Part shown: positions 60,356 to 64,000 of the stretch, piece by piece
How positions within the stretch are numbered: position 1 is the stretch's first letter
Layout: the number at the start of each line of letters is the position of its first letter
Assembly (NCBI GenBank): GCA_963772835.1
Contig: CAVYYZ010000009.1
Span: 32,001 to 96,000 of the forward strand
DNA: 64,000 bases
Direction of reading: 5' to 3'
Source: an uncultured delta proteobacterium
Lineage (GTDB): Bacteria; Desulfobacterota; Desulfuromonadia; Geobacterales; Pseudopelobacteraceae
The notes under the pieces: generated by a model
What the model saw: only the letters and a program-made list of their open reading frames with translations
Databases searched by the model: none
What the model was told of the DNA's origin: nothing
Program-made: the position numbers and the translations under genes

Positions 60356-62260
60356 ATGTTAACCGAACAGGACATATATCTCTTCAAGGAAGGCACTCAT
60401 ACGCGGTTGTACGAAAAGTTCGGCTGCCATCTTGCCGTCTGCGACGGTGTCGCCGGTGCGCACTTCTCCGTATGGGCCCCCAACGCCGAGCGCATCTCGG
60501 CTATCGGCGACTGGAACGACTGGGATCATGGTGCAGACCCGCTCTCTCCCCGCACAGACGATTCGGGTATCTGGGAAGGGTTCGTGCCGGGCGTCACGCA
60601 TGGCCAGGCGTACAAATATTTCATCGAATCCCGCCTTGGCGGCTATCAGGTGGAGAAAGCCGACCCGTTCGCCTTTTGCGCCGAAACGGCGCCGCGCACC
60701 GGTTCGCGCGCCTGGGACCTCAGCTACGACTGGGACGATGCAGCGTGGATGGCGGCGCGGCGTAACGCCAACGCACTCGATGCGCCGCTGTCGATCTACG
60801 AAATGCACCTCGGTTCGTGGCGGCGCGTGCCCGGAGAGGACAACCGCTTTTTTACCTACCGGGAGATTGCACAGCCGCTGGCTGATTACGTCCGCGAGAT
60901 GGGGTTCACCCACGTCGAACTGATGCCGGTCACCGAGCACCCCTTCTACGGTTCGTGGGGCTACCAGACCACCGGCTATTTTGCGCCGACTTCGCGCTAT
61001 GGCGACCCCGAAGATTTCATGTACCTGGTCGACACCCTGCATCAGTACGGCATCGGCGTCATCCTCGACTGGGTCCCTTCGCATTTCCCCAGTGACGAAC
61101 ACGGGCTGGTCTACTTCGACGGAACCGCCCTCTATGAGCATGCCGACCCGAAACAGGGGTTTCATCCCGAATGGACCAGCCAGATTTTCAACTACGGCCG
61201 CAACGAGGTACGCGGGTTTCTCATTTCCAGCGCCCTGTACTGGCTGGAACGCTACCACATTGACGGGATACGGGTGGATGGCGTCGCCTCAATGCTTTAC
61301 CTGGACTACGGACGAAAGCAGGGTGAGTGGGTGCCGAACCGCTTCGGCGGCAGGGAGAACATCGAGGCGGTCGAATTCCTGCGCCTGCTGAATCAGGCGG
61401 TCTATCGCGATTTTCCCGATGTGCAGACAATGGCCGAGGAGTCGACCTCCTGGCCGATGGTGTCGCGTCCCGTGTATCTTGGCGGGCTCGGCTTCGGGCT
61501 GAAATGGAATATGGGGTGGATGCACGACTCGCTCAAGTACATGAGCCAGGAACCGGTCCACCGCAAATATCACCACAGCCAGCTCACCTTTTCGATCTGG
61601 TACGCCTTTTTCGAGAATTTCCTGCTGCCGCTGTCGCACGACGAAGTGGTCTACGGCAAGGGTTCGCTGATCAACAAAATGCCGGGCGACTCCTGGCGCC
61701 AGTTCGCGAATCTGCGCCTCCTCTACGGTTATATGTGGGGGCACCCGGGGAAGAAACTCCTCTTCATGGGGGGCGAATTCGGCCAGCGGAGCGAATGGGC
61801 GCACGAGGGGAGCCTGGAGTGGCATCTGCTTCAGCATCCCGAGCACGAAGGTCTGCGCCGCTGGGTGACCGACCTGAACCGGCTCTACCGTGCCGAACCG
61901 GCGCTGTATCAGCAGGACTTCGATCAGGCCGGGTTTGAATGGGTGGACTGTAATGACAGCGAGCAGAGCGTGCTGACCTTCCTGCGCCGGCCAAAGGGTG
62001 GTGGGGAAGCGGTGCTTGTTGTCTGCAACTTCACACCGGTGCCGCGCAGCAATTACATCATCGGAGTGCCGGAGGGTGGCTATTGGCGCGAAATTGCCAA
62101 CAGCGATGCAACGCTGTACGGCGGCAGCGGCATCGGAAACTTCGGCGGCGTCGAAGCTGCACCGGTCTCCGTACACGGCCGTTTTCATTCGCTGGTACTG
62201 ACGCTGCCGCCGCTTTCAACCCTGATGTTCAAAAGAGAGGTTATGCATGACAACAACTGA
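60356..62260 (+). CDS. glgB: 1,4-alpha-glucan branching enzyme
   Basis: [34 protein letters not shown]. Confidence 0.96.
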   Translation: MLTEQDIYLFKEGTHTRLYEKFGCHLAVCDGVAGAHFSVWAPNAERISAIGDWNDWDHGADPLSPRTDDSGIWEGFVPGVTHGQAYKYFIESRLGGYQVEKADPFAFCAETAPRTGSRAWDLSYDWDDAAWMAARRNANALDAPLSIYEMHLGSWRRVPGEDNRFFTYREIAQPLADYVREMGFTHVELMPVTEHPFYGSWGYQTTGYFAPTSRYGDPEDFMYLVDTLHQYGIGVILDWVPSHFPSDEHGLVYFDGTALYEHADPKQGFHPEWTSQIFNYGRNEVRGFLISSALYWLERYHIDGIRVDGVASMLYLDYGRKQGEWVPNRFGGRENIEAVEFLRLLNQAVYRDFPDVQTMAEESTSWPMVSRPVYLGGLGFGLKWNMGWMHDSLKYMSQEPVHRKYHHSQLTFSIWYAFFENFLLPLSHDEVVYGKGSLINKMPGDSWRQFANLRLLYGYMWGHPGKKLLFMGGEFGQRSEWAHEGSLEWHLLQHPEHEGLRRWVTDLNRLYRAEPALYQQDFDQAGFEWVDCNDSEQSVLTFLRRPKGGGEAVLVVCNFTPVPRSNYIIGVPEGGYWREIANSDATLYGGSGIGNFGGVEAAPVSVHGRFHSLVLTLPPLSTLMFKREVMHDNN

Positions 62261-64000
62261 CATACCTATGGATGACGGCCGGATACGCGCGGTAATCGAA
62301 CATATCACCCCCTCGATGGATGGCGGGACGTTTCGCGGCCAAACGCATCGTCGGCGACCAGGTTCTGGTTGAGGCCGACTGCTTTACCGATGGCCACGAT
62401 TCGCTTGCCTGCCTGCTGCTCTGGCGACAGGAAGATGAGACTGCGTGGCATGAAACGGAGATGGTGCCGCTCGGCAATGATCGCTGGCGCGGCAGTTTCA
62501 GCTGCGGAGTGCCGTTGGCCGGTACCGCTATACGGTCACCGCCTGGGTGGATCATTTCCTTTCCTGGCGACACGATTTTGCACGACGGGTGGATGGTGAC
62601 GATCTGCGCAGTGCGGCTCTGGTCGGCGCCATTCTCATCGAAGAGGCCGCAGGGCGCGCAAAAGGCAGGGAGCGCACACAGCTGAAAGGGTGGGCGACCC
62701 GGCTGCGCAGCGCACCTGATGTGCTGACACTGAGGACGCTCGGACTGGACGAAGAGCTCGCTGCAGTCGCCGCACGCTTTCCGGACCGGAGTCTTGCTGC
62801 AACATACCCCGTCGAACATCCGCTGGTGGTAGACCGCGTGCGCGCCCGTTTCTCCGCCTGGTATGAACTGTTCCCCCGCTCGGCAGCTACCGAACCGGGA
62901 CGGCACGGCACCTTCCTGGATTGCGAGGCACGCCTCCCCGAAATCGCAAAAATGGGTTTCGATGTACTCTATTTCCCCCCCATCCATCCGATCGGACGCG
63001 TCAACCGCAAGGGCGCCAACAACACACTGGTTACGGATCCCGGCAGCGTCGGAAGCCCCTGGGCCATCGGCTCAGCCGATGGTGGACATATGTCGCTGCA
63101 TAGCGAACTGGGCACAATCGAAGATTTCAGGCGGCTGCTCGCGAGCGCACAGACATACGGCATGGAAATAGCCATGGATATTGCGTTCCAGTGCGCGCCG
63201 GATCACCCCTACGTCACGGCGCATCCTGACTGGTTCAAGTGGCGTCCCGACGGCACCGTGCAGTACGCCGAAAACCCCCCCAAGAAATATCAGGACATCT
63301 TTCCGTTTGAATTCGAATCCGACGAGTGGCGCGGACTGTGGCAGGAGCTCGCCGACGTGATCCGTTACTGGGCCGACGAGGGGGTGCGGATTTTCCGCAT
63401 TGACAATCCGCACACCAAGCCGTTCCCCTTCTGGGAATGGACGATCACCGAGATCAAGCGTGACTATCCGGATGCGCTCTTCCTTGCCGAGGCATTCACC
63501 CGCCCGAAGGTCATGCACCGGCTCGCAAAGCTCGGCTTCAGCCAGTCCTACACCTACTTTGCCTGGCGCAATACCAAGCACGAACTGGTCGAATACTTCA
63601 CCGAGCTCTACTCGTGGGGAGGGGCGCGAATACTTCAGGCCCAACGCCTGGCCGAATACCCCGGACATTCTCAACGAATACCTGCAGTTCGGCGGACGCC
63701 CCGCCTTTATCGTACGGTTGGTGCTGGCGGCAACGCTGGCAGCGAGCTACGGCATCTACGGCCCCTCCTACGAACTGCTTGACGCCGACTCCGCACACCC
63801 CCGGCAGCGAGGATTATCTGGACAGCGAGAAGTACCAGATTCGGCACTGGGACCGGAAAGCGCCGCAAAGCCTGTCCGACCTGATTGCCCACGTGAACCG
63901 TGCACGACGCGACAATCCCGCGCTGCAGTCCGATGCAACGCTCCGCTTCTTCCCGGTCGATAACGATAATCTGCTCTGCTACACCAAGTCTGACGCGGCA
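62247..64000 (+). CDS. glgE: Maltosyltransferase GlgE, partial, with several frameshifts
   Basis: [50 protein letters not shown]. Frame changes near 62327, 62510, 63615 and 63790. Confidence 0.9.

Noticed and set aside
60359..62987. Long antisense and alternative-frame ORFs over glgB/glgE, and similar ones over ahpC, ppx and sixA
   Set aside because: Shadow ORFs of well-supported genes, with no motifs or RBS.
1..64000. CRISPR arrays, tRNA/rRNA, transposases, integrases, prophage or defence systems
   Set aside because: No repeat-spacer array, structural RNA gene or mobility or defence motif was recognised.

Overview
Chromosomal window from a Geobacteraceae-type deltaproteobacterium, judged from its multiheme cytochromes, Geobacter-type GEMM-I riboswitch and TIGR04442-like gene. 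It has five blocks. (1) Core genes: gspD (partial), gspC, dapF, a gamma-carbonic-anhydrase-family gene and an NRAMP transporter, then an MBL hydrolase / TIGR04442-like / sigma54-activator cluster. (2) A porin-cytochrome operon behind a GEMM-I (c-AMP-GMP-type) riboswitch and a sigma54 promoter, plus T-box-controlled leuA and ahpC. (3) A ~29-kb phosphate-starvation island (17.3-46.6 kb). At least seven promoters here share four 11-bp-periodic Pho-box-like half-sites ahead of a -10 element. The island carries ppk1, ppx, CHAD, sixA, phoB and pstS plus several unexplained systems: an operon of a GS/GCS-fold ligase-like protein, PS-decarboxylase, Lgt-like protein, DUF2062 protein and Zn-phospholipase C with a divergent gamma-glutamylcyclotransferase; a pseudokinase-TM-PstS-OmpA receptor coupled to a stand-alone paralog of the TIGR04442-like C-terminal half; and a GH3 amido-synthetase / hydrolase pair. 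(4) A MarR-associated, actinomycete-style deoxyaminosugar pathway next to a TMTC-like GT-C/TPR glycosyltransferase. (5) treZ-treY-glgB-glgE. Four genes carry single-base frameshifts that look like assembly errors. No rRNA, tRNA, CRISPR or transposase was seen. All family assignments come from motif recognition by eye, not database searches.
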